Counted from the first letter of the stretch, positions 12,371-26,889 are shown. The stretch is 64,000 nucleotides of DNA from Polymyxa betae A26-41 (GCA_003693705.1 RBZT01000623.1:207671-271670); one strand, 5' to 3'. The notes: generated from the letters alone by a model not told the origin. Translations and numbers: made by a program.

Positions 12371-15300
12371 ATGGCCGTGCAGCTGCAGCTCCGGTATCAT
12401 GGCATCGTGCTCGGCGAGATTATGGAGATGACTCGTGTTATGCGCCAGAATCGCAAATGGAGATCTTCGGTGAGGTTTGATGCAGCGGGATCGAACTTCT
12501 GCTTACGCTTTGGTTCAGCCCAGCGGACCTATAGAGATCGATTCTTGGCTGCTGCAAGGGTTTCAGAATTTGAAGTCTGCGTTGTCAGATCCGAATGGTA
12601 TCGCTCTGCAATGTATCTGAGTTTTTTGGTTTCATATGCGTGTTTTAGGGATCAGTCCTGACTTTGACAGATTGCAAATTATTAAGCCTTTTGTTGCTGC
12701 TATTAGGTCGGAAGAAGCGACCGGCCCAATAACCGGGGTCGCTTTGTCTTCATTACATAAGTTCATCTCAGCCAACTTATTCGCTGTCAACTATGCACAC
12801 TCGGCTGCTGCAATTTTGGAAATTGCAGATGCAGGAACACATTGCCGGTTCGAAGCAACTGATTCTGGCAACGATGAGCTCGTTTTGATGAAAATCCTTC
12901 AAGTTCACTTGGCTTGCTTTGGTGTCGAACACGGTGCTCTTCTAACTGATACGACGGTCTGGGAAATGGTCCAAACATGTTTCAGGATATTTCGCCAAAT
13001 GAAGCCTCCTGATTATTCACAGCTTCTATCGGATAGGGCAAGACATTCGCTCTTCGAAATGATTCGAATGTTATTCTCTTCGCGATGGGCAGCCTGCAAT
13101 GCTTCGTCCTTTGATATGAACGCAACAGTTCATGAAACCAACTTGGCTAATATTTCGCAACATTTTGGAATTGCTTGCATGGTTAAAGTGCTCGGCAGCT
13201 TGATATCAATGGGGCGATCAAGTCTGTCAAAAACCCAGTTTGGACAAAGACAGCAGACAGTACTGGTTCTGCAATTAGCTCTGAACGCTCTTGAATTTGG
13301 AGGGAAGTTATTTGAGCACGACAATGCACTTCTAGGCTTAATCCAAGACGATTTATGCTTCTTTCTATTGCAAAATTCTCGTTCGACTAGAAGTTCTGTA
13401 ATGTCTTTAGTCGCGAGGATCTTTCATTGCCTTTTGGTAAATTTCCGCCATCTTCTGAAGACCCAGATTGAATCAATGTTAAATTCCCTTTTCCTCGGCT
13501 GTCGTGAGTCTCCATATGAGATCCGCGAAATTATTCTCTCTAGCTTGCTGGATCTTGCTCATTATCAATGGTTCTTTCGTGAATTGTATATTAATTATGA
13601 CTGCTCACCACGAGCAACGAATGTATTTGAGAACATTGTTCTTTTTCTTTGCGATTCAAGTGTTCCTCCTAACGGTAATATTAACAGCAATAACATTCTC
13701 GCTATGCGCTGCCTTCAAGCCATTATGCAATCTTTTGTGGAACCGCTGCCAAAATCCTATCCTTCTTGTGACGTTGCAGAATTATTGAGCTCTAAGAAGC
13801 AGAAGACTACAATTTTCAACTGCGTATCACTGTTCAACAAAAAGCCCAAGCTCGGCTTTACAGCGTTAACGCAAGCTGGAATTATGGACTCTATGGAAGA
13901 TGCAGAGACTGCAGCACAAATCCTTTTCCATACGCCTATTGTTAACAAGTCGACGTTAGGCGTGTTTCTTGGGTCACCATCTAGCTTTGCTGGCGATGTT
14001 CGCTCCAGATTTATAAGCTATTTTGACTTCCGAGGAAAGGATGTAGTTGAAGCTCTACGAATTTGCCTGGAGGGATTTCGTCTTCCAGCCGAAGCCCAAC
14101 AGATTGATCGTGTTGTTCAGAGTTTCTCAGAGCATTATTACTCCCACAACACTCGTGACTTTGCAAATGCAGATGTTATTCACATTGTTACATTCGCTCT
14201 CATCATGCTTAATACTGTAAAAATCATTATTATGTCGTCATTCTCAACTGATTTTTGTCTAGGACGCACATAATGACGGAATTAAGCACAAGATGACGTT
14301 AGAACAATTTACAAAGAATCTTCGCGGGATCAATAACGGCGAGAGTTTTCCGGACGAGTACTTGGAAAATCTTTACAAATCAATCGTTTCTGAAGAATTG
14401 AAATTATCAAAATCGGGTCCTGGAGGAGATTTCTCGAGAAGCCTATGGACAGAATTGCTGGCCAAATCCAGGAGTTTTGGAGAGCATGTGTATTTTGAGT
14501 TGAACGGATCAGTTCTTGATGCCGATATCTTTAAATTGATTTGGGAACCTGTGTGCAGCGCAACGTCACTACTTTTCGATGTTGGTCAATCTGTAGGCCG
14601 CCTTTATGACACATTTATTTTCTCTGATGATTTTCTCAGGAACGGGTATCAGAAGTGTGCCTGTCAACATTTGAGGCAATCGGAACAGCATCTTGTATTC
14701 ATCAGATACCAGAAACTGTCGACACGATGATTTCTTTTTGCTGCCAAGTTTCTGGTAGCTTATTTCTGTTTGCTGTGCGTATAAACTCATTCATGTCTAG
14801 GTTTGGTTTATCCGGATACTCGGCTCGAAGATACTGTTATCGCGATTGCACGTTCTTCTTTGAAGTCTCAAGCCAGTATCCGTTTGATTTTTTATCAACC
14901 GTTTATTATCAACATGCGTGCAAGCTGGAATTTATGGATATGTGCTCTGTATCAGCTATTACGCTTAGGACTGCTTCCTCCCGCTTTCTTCATCTTGGAC
15001 GATTTTGTTTGTTCAGGTATCAATCGGCCTTGCTGTCCACTTTGGTTTTCACTCACCATTCCGACAGAAATTTCAGATCCGGGTCGTCGCCGTCTCAAGT
15101 TTCCAGATTACATTCAAAAACCTGTTTCACTTCAGTCACTTCTTACCTCTGTTCAAAGTTTCTGGATGTCGACGAACGATCAAGTGCGTCGTTTTTCTGT
15201 TGATGGCTTTCTTTGACCTTCCTCAAAGTCTGCTTCGGATGCAAAATCTGTCGACCAAATCGAATCTGCAAAGCAGTCTGCGCAGGCATTTATCGAGCAG

Positions 15301-17202
15301 CTGAACATTGACGAACTTTTAGCAGCCACTGTTAAGTTACCTGCTGAATCTTTTACTTGCTTAGTGAACGCTCTGACTTTTGCCACAAAAGAAGAAATGG
15401 TAGACTTTTACCCTTCTCTTCCTTGTTTCTTGCTTATCTAGAATATAATTCAGCCCACTCCACCATCGGATTCCGCTGTGATCATCGATGAGAAAGCCCA
15501 ATTCTATCGTTCATTCCCTAGATTGGAGGCAGACGAAGAACTGATCTCAAAGCAACTGATTTTTTTCTTACAGCTTTTGACCAGATTGCTCATCATAAAC
15601 CGCGATCGCTCTGATCTATGTTTGGATGTTGTTTCGTCACATCTGTACCAGGTTTTCCGCTCCCAATTCTCTCTTGTTGGTATGGTGCTGTTAACACGTT
15701 AATATGGTATTAAGCTCTGTCAGACTCAAGCTACTTTGAGGGTTTCAGCAACAGCTCAGCTAATGGATTGGATTCATCAGAGGATATTGCTGAAGGGGCT
15801 GTTGTCGCCTGTCTGAAACTTCTTCACAAGCTTCGATGCCCTGACGTACACTGGTTTTCTTCATTCCTGTTAAAACTCTTAGTTGGTTTCGATATTTTCG
15901 CTCTTATGTCCGACAGTATCGGAAAGCAGGTGAGTATGGTTTTTTGTTAATCTGTATGATACCAAAGTTATCACAGGTTGCTTTCGCTTTACACGCGTTC
16001 TCTCAGACAGATGCTGCATTAACGAGGACCTCACAGGACTGGACAATTATATTCACTTTGCTGCAGACTTGTGCTATGCTTTCTTCTGCGTCCTCAAACG
16101 GATTTGAGGCATTTGCGTGCCTGCTTTCCAACAAAAATTGCAATGCATTTTCTGAATTGACCGTAGCCTTATCTATTCAGGTTCTCTTCAGTGTTGATGC
16201 CGAGTTAATTGCTCACATTTTCTGTCCAGACAGCGCTAAAGTTTGCCCAAAACAAAACAGTCCCAGTTGCAGAACGTCTCCGTGCGATCGATTATCTTCA
16301 GCTAATTTACGATCGGCTGTCTATGCTGGAATTTAGGTCGATGGCTGCTGAGAATGCATCTGCCGAACTGGTTGGTTTGGTATGTTTCTCGGCTATAAAT
16401 AAGGATATTGAGCATGATCATTAGAACGAGGAATTGCCAATCTTGTATTACATGCAACTCTTTGAAGCACTTCGCGTTGTTGTCTGCTCTAGTGAAAAGT
16501 AAAGTCTTAGGTCCTATGTTCGTCGAGTTGCTGTAATTTGTTTAGGTTCAGTCTTCGTGAACATGCTTTAGCCACTCTTCAGCGTCTTCTGCTTTCACCA
16601 GAAGCTAAGCAGTTGTCGACTGCAGCGTGGAAAGACATATTCGATAAAGTATGTGTGAAGACTGTGCTTTTATCTCTGTTCATTTCTTTCAGGTCGTCAT
16701 CAATACGATCACAGTATTGGGATCAACACGGTCGTCGTCTCATTATCTTTCAAAATGTCGATGTGCTGTTACAGCATTCGCTTGCCGTATATTTCTTATT
16801 TATCTCTCCCAGCTTTTAACTTTAAAAAAATCTGATTTTAAGGCGCTATGGTGTTCATTGATATCTGAACTGTATGTTCTGCGTAATTGCCCTGGCAAGC
16901 CTTTTCTAATTGGGTTTTTATATAGTTTGAGTTTTCTCGATCTCGAATCGGATAATCCATCACAAAGCTTATTAGCAGAAACGGTCACTGAATCTCTAAA
17001 AAACACTCTCAGAGTAATCAGTGCCTCCGATATAGAAGAATCATTTGGGGCTGATATGTGGGAGATAACGTGGCAAACAATTGATCCATTTCTTCCTCAG
17101 CTTCGAGAAGAAGTGTTTCCTAGAGAGGAAGAACCTCAGTTGCTTGATGAAAGCAAAATGGATCCAAATCCGCCTGCTCCTCAATCTGTAATATCGGAGT
17201 GA
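12371..17202 (+). CDS. GBF1: Large ARF guanine-nucleotide exchange factor, GBF1/GNOM/Gea type (multi-exon)
   Basis: DCB motifs (IRSEEATGPITGVALSSLHKF, CRFEATD), HUS box (YINYDC) and Sec7 domain with catalytic Glu (FRLPAEAQQIDR; ALIMLNT|DAHN...MT.EQF.KNLRGIN). C-terminal ESLKNTL...WEITW..ID.FLP.L. Confidence 0.92.
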
Positions 17203-17321
17203 TTTCTTATCGAGCCATTTAGACGCAATCTTCTATCTACAGTGGACCCGTCTTCAATATATCTCCAATTTAATTCTCAAAAATGATTACAATAAATTGC
17301 TGTATTAATACCTTCCAGTGT

Positions 17322-18389
17322 TTACAACTGCCAGTCAATTGGCTTGACACCATTCTTTTGTAAGAAATTGTTAGTCTTGGAAAAGTGCTTGCACCCGAAA
17401 AACCCTCGATGAGCAGACAATCCAGATGGATGAGCGGCTTCTAATATAAGAAAATTGGGATTCTTTGCAGCAAATAAACCCGCCTGGCGCCCTTTTTGTT
17501 GTGCGAACCTGCCCCAGAGAAGAAAGACTACAGGATCGTCTTTCTGTAACCAACGTTCACAATAGAATCAAATAACGATGCATTTGCAACGACCTTCTCT
17601 TTTATAATGCAACGAAGGATGTGGTCTGTAAACTTTCCCCATCCAATATCCTTATGGCTGTTTGCAGAACGAGCTCGAACAGTTAAGGCTGCGTTAAGTA
17701 ACAGAACACCCTAATACCGCAGAGTAAGGCCCGAACTTGCAGCATGCAGCATCAGACCTGTTTGGCCCAGTTATGGAGGCTACCATGAGGTGGAATATGA
17801 AAGTCGGGAATGTCTTTGGATAGTTCGCTATAAACATTCTTTAAACTAGAAGGAATAGGAATGCCATGTGGAACTGAGAAAGCCAATCCTTCAGCCTGTC
17901 CTGGACTGTGATAAGGATCCTGGCCAACGATTATAACCCGAACCTAAAGCATCATCAGCATAAGACAGTACACGAGGATTAGTGAATATCATACCTGATC
18001 CACAGGCTGCTCTAATGCCTTGAATACCAAGCTTGAAGGGGGATAAATAACGACTCCTTTTGCTTGCTCTTCTCTCTATGACACAGATATAAATGCTGTT
18101 CTGGCGAATTATCTCCTCGAACCAGTTTCTTTTTTAAAGTCAACATATAATCTTTGTTTAACTCTGGCTCCAGAGCAGGTGCCCATGATTTATGAATAAG
18201 CTTCTCAGCCTCCTCGTAGTTGTCGAGCTTCGGAGCTGGAGTCATGGTCTGTAGCTGTTTCGAAGAACCAGGCCAACAAGAGACCCGATCAGACCCGATA
18301 GGTCTAGCGAAGTGTCTCGAGAGTGACGTCTTACCCTTATTAATAGCAGCAACACCAGACCGCACTATCATTTCATCATTTATTTGCAT
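17322..18389 (-). CDS. UNG: Uracil-DNA glycosylase, family 1 (multi-exon; start uncertain)
   Basis: Minus-strand reading gives [24 protein letters not shown]|[39 protein letters not shown]...PIDWQL*. Confidence 0.93.
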
Positions 18390-19118
18390 CTGCCGCTTTC
18401 CTATTCCGCTATCCGATTGAAATCGCTTGTTATAAGCGTTGGAACGATGCCAAACGCGACGCCGCCAATGTCCAGATGCGAGACGCCGATTCTATTAAAT
18501 CCGTCGAGAGCGGCGGCTGCATTCCAGATGCCGAACAGGGCTAGAACGAAGCCGATTTTCCAGAGCACGGGTATTATATACGAAACAGGTTTTCTATCAG
18601 TAAATTACTAATGCAATGCAGTATTGGGCAGCTCCTTTCTCTCGAACTTATCGTTCTGTCAAGGCTTTTAACAGGCAACGTTGAATGCAACCAATTTGAC
18701 TATTAGATAGAACTACTTACTACTGTATGGCCAGACGGAAGTGTTGATTGGAAGAGATGGTTTTTTAAAAAAGAGAGCTGGGATCGCTATGCAAAACGAA
18801 CAGCAGAATCGCCTCCACAGTAATATGGGCAAAAATCCTTGGACAAGACTCATTTATTTGCGTAACAAAATCGAATCCACCGGTTTTCAGGTAAAAACAC
18901 CTGACGTTTTTGAATATTTTTAAACACTGGTTTTTATTTCGAGACAGAGGGAATTTATCTAATAGGCGCGGCCCATTCGGTATCGACTAAGGTATCGTGA
19001 TTCTTGAGTTCGTTTATCGTTACAGGACGCAACCCTCTTGCTGTTGCCCTTTTCTTTAAATTTCACGAATCAGCAGCAGGATCAGCTGCAGTTTGAATAT
19101 CGGCCGGTCATTACATCG

Positions 19119-20546
19119 ATGTCTCTTGAATATCTCAGAAGGAACAATCTTATTCGGCAGTATCTGCATCGCTTTGATGAACAGCAGTGGCCGGAAGTCG
19201 TCAAACTTACCGTCATCTTCGGTATACATAGCATGAAGCTGAACGAACGGGAAATGCAGTTGTTGACGATCGAGAGGCTTTCCCATTTAGTTGGTATGAA
19301 TTGTTGTAAGAGTTTTACACAGACATTAACAGCCTTTGTAGCTCAAGCATCTACTGCTGTAAGCATTCATGAGACATTACCTACACTAGAGCAAACACTT
19401 GTAGATTTACAAACCAAAATCTCCACATTGAAGAACGAATTGGAGAACAACCCAGTGAATCATCCTCAATCAGTTAATCATCATCAATCTAATTTTGACG
19501 ACACGATAACGTCCTTAGAAGAGGATGCCCCGAAATTGGCTAAAGTACTATCAAAGGTGAAGCAGCTCAACAACAGAATCCACGAAGCCAGATCTCAATA
19601 CTCAAGACAAACAGTTCGTGGTCTTCAAGATGATACGGGATCGGTACGACAGGTTCTAACAGCCTCAGAATCACAGCTGATTCGACCCACGAAATCTTCC
19701 AAACCGAAATGGAAAGAACGCCCACCTCCTCGATTGGCTTATTCTGTATGCCAGCCTAACAAGCCACTGAATGATGCAGAAAACGATATCGTTAACAGCA
19801 GGTTTTTGGACGTTCCGGCTACGTCCAGAGACCTTCGGAAATCGGCGTCGCAGCGATTCGAAGAGCAGGGCGAAGATATCGTTCCAGTGAAAGAAACTTC
19901 TGTGCATAATGGATGCGTGAGTAGAAGTAAAACGAGGCCGAATGCGACGAAACCGAAAATGCCTACTTATCTGCAGAAGGTTCGTTCGAGAATTAAAGAG
20001 CGAGTTCAGCAAGATCGCATTGCAGCTGCTGAGCATCGCAGGAATGTTCGCAAATCAATTCAGCAAGCGATATCAGAGGATTATCCACCACAAATTCCAC
20101 AGCCAATGATACCTGGAAGGCAATCAGGCAAGAGTTCGGTCCTGCACATATCAGATACCTTTCTGAAGAATCCCTTGATGAAACCATTTGTTGGCCAGTC
20201 TAATGATCACGATGAATTGAGCCTATTCAGGCAACCTAATCGAGCGGATCATAATGATTCCGAATTACGAGCGGCACCGGAATCTATAGATGAGTTAGCC
20301 AACATACTTCGCGGCTGGGTTAATAACAATGATGAGGCTTTAACATCAGGATCATCATTACAGCATCCTCCTGCTGAAATATTGGCTTCATTAAGGCGAT
20401 TAGAAAGCTGTTCGGCGCCAGTAAGGCAAACGAATAGCGGGTCTGTGCCCCTGGCAACAAATCAAGCAGATGCTTTATGCTTTGAGCCGCATTTTGAGAG
20501 GCAGTTTCCTCCGGAATGGGATTTCTCTAATACAGTATTTGATTGA
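19119..20546 (+). CDS. Hypothetical protein (short helical N-terminus, coiled coil, disordered remainder)
   Basis: ~1.4 kb open frame from ATG MSLEYLRRNNL. Possible in-frame intron ~19293-19340. No family recognised. Confidence 0.65.
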   Translation: MSLEYLRRNNLIRQYLHRFDEQQWPEVVKLTVIFGIHSMKLNEREMQLLTIERLSHLVGMNCCKSFTQTLTAFVAQASTAVSIHETLPTLEQTLVDLQTKISTLKNELENNPVNHPQSVNHHQSNFDDTITSLEEDAPKLAKVLSKVKQLNNRIHEARSQYSRQTVRGLQDDTGSVRQVLTASESQLIRPTKSSKPKWKERPPPRLAYSVCQPNKPLNDAENDIVNSRFLDVPATSRDLRKSASQRFEEQGEDIVPVKETSVHNGCVSRSKTRPNATKPKMPTYLQKVRSRIKERVQQDRIAAAEHRRNVRKSIQQAISEDYPPQIPQPMIPGRQSGKSSVLHISDTFLKNPLMKPFVGQSNDHDELSLFRQPNRADHNDSELRAAPESIDELANILRGWVNNNDEALTSGSSLQHPPAEILASLRRLESCSAPVRQTNSGSVPLATNQADALCFEPHFERQFPPEWDFSNTVFD

Positions 20547-21081
20547 AGGCAAGTGCCGATCGTTAGACAAAATCGGCTTCGATGAAGTTTATTTTGGGAT
20601 GTTTAGCGGCATAATGGTCTCGAAGACTTTGCAGATTATGTACCGGAACCATGCAGACCTATCTGCAATCATCATCCCATTCCTCATACAACACATCAAG
20701 CGAATTACTTTGCAATTAAATTTTTTGCCATTCGCTTGCGCTGAAAATTCTGATCCATTCCTCTTCATCGCTTCCAGTTTCTTGTTCGCCTTAATTTTTG
20801 CATCAATCTAACAAGGATGAGCATCATGGCTGGCAAGATTAGATACGTAGAACCTTGGCTTTGCCGCGTGCCATAGCGAGAGGGTGAAACAATTACAGAA
20901 TGACAAGCACGACCCAATTTAATCGGAAAAATCGACGAGCTCGGGCTTTCCCTGATGTCTGATCTCAATCTATCAGAAAACTACTGCGCATTTCTGTATA
21001 CAAATTGCAGAATTTCTAATATTTTTTACTGTAATTGGTTACGAAATCGAGTTTTGAATGGGTCGACATCTCAATCAATAA

Positions 21082-24000
21082 TTAGATTAGATAAGTTAAA
21101 GTATAAGTGTCGTCGTGTCGTTGACACAAAACTTTCCAGTCGTTTGTACTGATGACAAAACCGCGATGATTGCCGAACACGGAGATAGGCGAGTTCGGAT
21201 CCTCCAACGCATTATTGGCAGCATTGAACTGTACCCTTAATGGAGCATCATGAGATCCACAGTTCTGCAAATCCTTCGCTCGAGCAGAAGATATCATCAT
21301 GACGGGAATATCAACTAAAATGGAGCTGCCGTCTCCGCTCATGAAGAAGATTGCATCAGGATCATCAACGTTCACGATCACAAGACCAGTTGCACCTTGG
21401 CTCTTTGCAGCTTCTGCTTTCGTCTGAAACATGCAACCACCCCTGTCGATAATCGCTATTCTTCCTTCGACCGCCTGATAATCTTCGGCTTTGCATCCTT
21501 CGTTGTTATGAAGTATAACTGCCTCTCCGCGAACTTTGGAATAGGATTCGACAGATGGAGAGAATTCAGCACCTGTAGCTGCAATCTCTAGCGGACATTG
21601 CTGAACTGAAATACTGTAATGAACAACTGCCCAATATTGTCAGTTTCAATCCCGCTGCTCATAACATGCGAACGAACCTCCTTTCGAACGCTGAATAGAA
21701 AAGACTTTCTTTTGACTTCCGTGTTCGTAAAGAACTTCAATGACAGGTGTTCCGAGATAACGGATAGAAACAGTACTGCCATCGTTTCCGTCGATATGAA
21801 CGTCGCCCTCGACTCTAACATTCACTTTTGGCTTCTATAACGAAGTTCGAACGTGTTTTGAAGATTTCATATGCTAGAAGTACCTTTTTTGCGGGCTCCA
21901 TCCATTTGGAAACGTTTGATTTACCAAACCGCGGACGCCGTCTTCTTGGAAAGTCACCCCATCGAAAATCAGCAGAGCAAACAGGTAAGTTTTCTACTTG
22001 AGGGTTCCCTTCTCGTCTATCAGGAACTCTTTTTAAAGGGTTTCTATTCGAGAAAGTGTTATGCAGCGCCAAGTTAACAGGAAATCTAAAACGAAGTGAG
22101 TAGCAGGCAAGTACAATTCTAGCTTCTAACAGATGCCCTTCAGTAGTAAAAATGTAATTTCCTTGACGATGGATGAACGACTCTTGATCAAACAGCAAAT
22201 AGAGGTATCTAACAAAACTGAATCCCAATGACAACACGATCTCAAGAAAGTATTACTTGCAAGTTTCGGCAAGAAAGAAGCTAGGCATCCGGTCTTCAAG
22301 AATTCGATGTTCGACATCCCGAACCGAAGCGAAGCCGTTATTTACACGAGTAATATTAAGCAATGAAGAGACCATGTAGTCTCCCATCTGAAGAACAAGA
22401 ATTAGACGAACTAAATACAATTGAAACCCAGAAAACCTACATGAAGATATACTGGGTCTCTTGAAGCAATATACAGCATGTACGTCGACTCCATTAATTC
22501 TGGTCGCAACGGATAGTATCGTTCAGTTGAATGTAGAGTCATAGATCCCAGCAGAAACCTGGAGAGACACTTCAGCAACACAGTCAAGCTGACTCGCCAT
22601 GTTCAATCGACCTTTCCGGCAATGTCCCATATTTAGCCCACAGTGAGAAAAAAGCTCGCTGGGAAAGGATGGCATCTTCCAAATGTAAACCGGACAGCAC
22701 TTGTAAACCCTAACAGAATGCTTCAATATTCGATATGCTATTAAGAATTATCATACAGGCCAGAACGCCTGTAAGCTGTTGAACTGAACATAGGTGGGAA
22801 ATCCACTTCTCATCGAGGCCTCATGATACCAAGGCCCAATTCGAAGGTGCCTCATAACGGAATCGTACGACTACTGGTTGTTAGAAAAAACATTAGTTGG
22901 TACTCAGAGACATACTTGCTCAAACATTCGCAGAAACTCTTCATTTCCAAACAAGACGTATGCTTTGAACAAGTATTCATAAAAAGAATCGATACCGGCT
23001 CCAATCCCTGCCGAGTCGTCGATCCAGCGTCCAGTCTCGACATCAAGATTGTTCCCCTAAATGATATCATTCAAAAGCGGTTGCCACGTAACAAATTATC
23101 AAACCACAAGGCCGGTTTGGGGATCCCTCATATGCCAGAGAGAGATTAGAGCAGAATATGCTACATCATAAAACGACATATCTCCGGTTAGATGAGAAAG
23201 CATTCCAAATTCCATAATCAACGTTCCCTGTGTGCTTCATCAGAATAAAAAACGAAGTTGCATAAAACTTACCACTCCAGCAGTACAAGAATTCTGCGTT
23301 TCATGCGGCAGTAAGCCATGCCTCAAATTAACCCATGCATATGGAATACCAGTTTTAGACTGAAAAGCTGGAAGCAGTCTCTTTCCCAGATCGAGAGCTA
23401 GGCGCAACAGTCCATCATCATAATCATCATAGTGACTGATGTTTTTATCTTTAGCGAGTAAATGAGCTGACAGTAATCCACCTGGCCAACAGATTAGATT
23501 GTTAATCACGCTTTAAGAGACAGAAGTTGACCAAGCACTCGAATATTGACCTCGAACACATTCACACGTATATTCTGGTCGAACGACACATGGCGAGAAA
23601 TATACTCGACAGCTTGTTTGAACGCATCGAATTTGCCCATTATAGCCAGTGTATCGAGGGTATCAATAAGTGTCATCGCAACGCCATTATATGAATCTGA
23701 TGATATCTTGGTTCCACCAAGTTCTCCAAGCGAATCGGTAAAAGAAGCCGAAAGAGGTTTCAGTTCATCATCTGGAGATAAGCCAGACATATTTCAGAAC
23801 ATTACAATCCGAAACGGAAGCATCAATACCTACGAGGGAAAGCATGTTGCATATAATTATCGAATCCATGATCAAACATCTCAACGACCCTTTGCTTTAT
23901 TTGAAATGTTTCATTCTCAGAAAAGGTGTGTGGACGTAGTGAACCAGCCGATCTAAAATATGGCAATCAATGTAAGATCGTGGAACATTGACAACATCAA

Positions 24001-24210
24001 ATCCAATACACGATGGGGCCGATAGGATCGGTTTCATAATCATATTCTTGTAAATCATCTCTAATCTCCGATACAAAAAGTAAACACGTGAACGTCGAAG
24101 AAGCCTTACATCAGTTGTAGTTGCAGATAAGCAATGACCGCCCCATAAAGTAGCCCAGCCACAGCATGATGAAAGCCCCAATCTTTAGGTCCTGTAATTG
24201 GACAGACCAT
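21082..24210 (-). CDS. EDEM-like alpha-1,2-mannosidase (GH47) with C-terminal PA domain (multi-exon)
   Basis: [15 protein letters not shown]|[26 protein letters not shown]|[28 protein letters not shown] and FTTEGH. PA domain [17 protein letters not shown]...FFMSGD...IPVMMIS. Start at 24210 is inferred from a hydrophobic first exon. Confidence 0.9.
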
Positions 24211-25542
24211 AACAGGTCAAATATGTCCAACCAGGCGGTGGCAGCCGCAGGATCGACGCCACCCTAATGCTCTTGTAGGTTAAAGGTTATAAAAGTTTCG
24301 AATAAATCTCGAAAGAGAATGACGACAGTACAATAAACTGTAGTAGGACGTAGGCGCGACCTCATAACTAAGGTCTTTTTTCCTCCTGCTATTCATTTTG
24401 GACATTAAATCATTATTTATTGTGCATGTATCAGCGAATATGTGTACAGTACATTTGTGCCACAATCTCGACGAGATAATGGTGAGGTTACGTTGGAGTC
24501 AGAGTTGGAGACCCCATTCCACGCCTTCAACTTTTCCATTATAGTCAAGGAATGTTTGGAGATAATGATTGGGATTGGACAGAGATGTTTTAGGACAGTA
24601 ATATATACCAATTCATTTATAAATAATTTCTGATAACGAGTTCCTGAACTTCAACTACTTCCTTACGAAGACTTCGCCGAATTTCTACCACGTTGATGTG
24701 GTAATCACCGAACAATCTCCTCATGCAGGGAGAGTTACTTATCGACATCATTACCTGGACCTTCGGCGACAACTCGTCCATAGTTGGTTGTAAGCCCGTG
24801 ACCAGGCCCGGTGCCGAGAAACTGTTGTTGTCCAGATACTGTAGGAAAATTCTGGAGGAGAAGAACCAGCATCTTGACAATAATAGATTGGTTTAGAGCT
24901 GCATTCTCTTGAGGATAATGTGCATACACATTGGAAGTGCCAGAGTGAAAACCCGACGACAAAAGCGTCGATTATGCTTTTCCCACACTCATACGACTAT
25001 GTATTCGGGACTGCGAATCAGGGTACGGAGCCTGGAATCGACCAGCTGCCGAAATCGGCTCCGGGTTTGGCCCAGATATGGAGCCAGATCGAGTCAGAGA
25101 CTGGACAATGAGTCTTCCGCATCGCCGCCAAATGCTGTAACAAGGGCTATATGATAATACTCGGCCGAATTGTTTGCGCTTTAAAGGGGCTCACTGCGTC
25201 AGCCTCTCTGATTGTACTGGCACTGTGATTTTGCCAGCTGAACCAAAGCAGCAGGCGATTCTTAGCAGCTAGGCCTTTTAAGAACTTGGCTTTAGGATTC
25301 AATTAAATGTTTATGTTCGAGACGATAGCGATTTGGCATCGTAATGCATGATGCAAAACAACTTACAAAACCGCCTTTCCCACAACTCACTATGAAGGAC
25401 GCTAACGACGCGGAAATTTTTTCTCGATCTGAGACTCACAATAGTGAATCGTAGAGACACTACACGAGTACACGACAAATCACATTCCAGACCGTTCAGA
25501 ACACCAAAAAAATAGAGTAAGGTATAAGTAGTATTTACAGAC

Positions 25543-26889
25543 TTAGAACATGACCAATATGATTGGAATTACAATGATTGCCATAACAGATATGATGACA
25601 CTTTGAGCACTGGATGCTTGACTATTAGTGATTCCTGTCGTAGTCGTGCTCCCGGGATTGTCATTGGATTGAGCTACGGGCGCCGGCGACAGATCTGCTG
25701 GACTAAGAGTTGCAACAGGAGCAACTGTTGCTGGGCAGGTTGGAACGGTTCCAACAGCTAATGGTTGAGTCCAGACATTCAGAGTGCTTGGGCCTGATCC
25801 TCGCTGGCTGATTGCAGCCACACGAACAATAATGATCTCAGATGGATTGATATTCCTTAAAACGATCCCAGATACCATACCAACATTGATATATTTGGCA
25901 AGATAGGGAGGTTTGTAGTTTGGATCTGTCGCTGATCCGATGCTGTTCACCTGATAATAGACAGTGTAGCCAATAATTGGCTCTTTGGGGTTGGCAGGAG
26001 GATCCCAGGTTGCTAGAACCGAGTTCAATCCTGGCGTTAATTTCAAGTTCTGAGGACGTGTTGGCGTCAAGTCGGATGCTCCCAGAATGATCTCCGACAT
26101 CTGAGGTGTATAGTACAGATCTTTCAAAGGACTAGCATCAAACTCCTCCAGGGTTCCAGTCCATCCAGGCGGGGGTAGAGAGAGACATTTTCGTTGATCG
26201 GCAGCATAAGTAGCTCCTATTTCACCTTGGCATGGTGCCGGCCAGATCGCCTTAAAGTAATACACGGCATCGTTCCACGTGGCTTGCTCTTCCTTGCGTC
26301 TGTACCAATTGCAGTCTGCTTGAACGCAGACCACATTAATATCATATTGGACATTGGGAACGGAAACCCAGTTCTGTCCATCCTTGGAGTACTGATATCT
26401 AAACAATGTCAAACTCGACCCAACTCCTTACATATCCAGCTTACTTCATAGGCTCAAACTTTTTGTCACTGTCGCTGGCATAGTAGATCTATTCAAGGTG
26501 AGAATTCACAGTTTACATTACACATTTGAATGTCTTACTCTTGTCCAAAAGTTTGTAAATCCATTAGGAACATGCCAAGTGACATTGGATGTTGGCCAAT
26601 ATGTTCCATATCGTTTGTATCGAGCTGTATCCCAATCGACAGTATCCGAATTTCTCGGGTCAATTACCATATCAAGATGCGTATTGCTGCTGGATGGTTC
26701 GTAGATCACCTTCGACTCGTCATCACATTCATCCTTGAAGCCAACGAAGGCAACCCTGTCTTGCGAGATTCCAGCCTGGCCACATTCGACCTGGATCGCA
26801 TTCATGGCCGAATTCCAGGCATCATCGCCTCCAATAGCCTGTCCGATCAGGACCACCAATGCCAACCCCCAAATTGCACTGAATGTCAT
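25543..26889 (-). CDS. Secreted, probably GPI-anchored protein with a fibronectin type III domain
   Basis: Signal peptide. FN3 motifs (PTRPQNLKL...ATWDPP...IIGYTVYY...VRVAAISQRGSGP). S/T/P stalk and a terminal hydrophobic tail with no cytosolic residues. Three exons. Confidence 0.8.

Noticed and set aside
25348-25432. Possible C/D snoRNA (ATGATGC ... CTGA)
   Set aside because: Imperfect C box, no terminal stem and no rRNA complementarity I could recognise.
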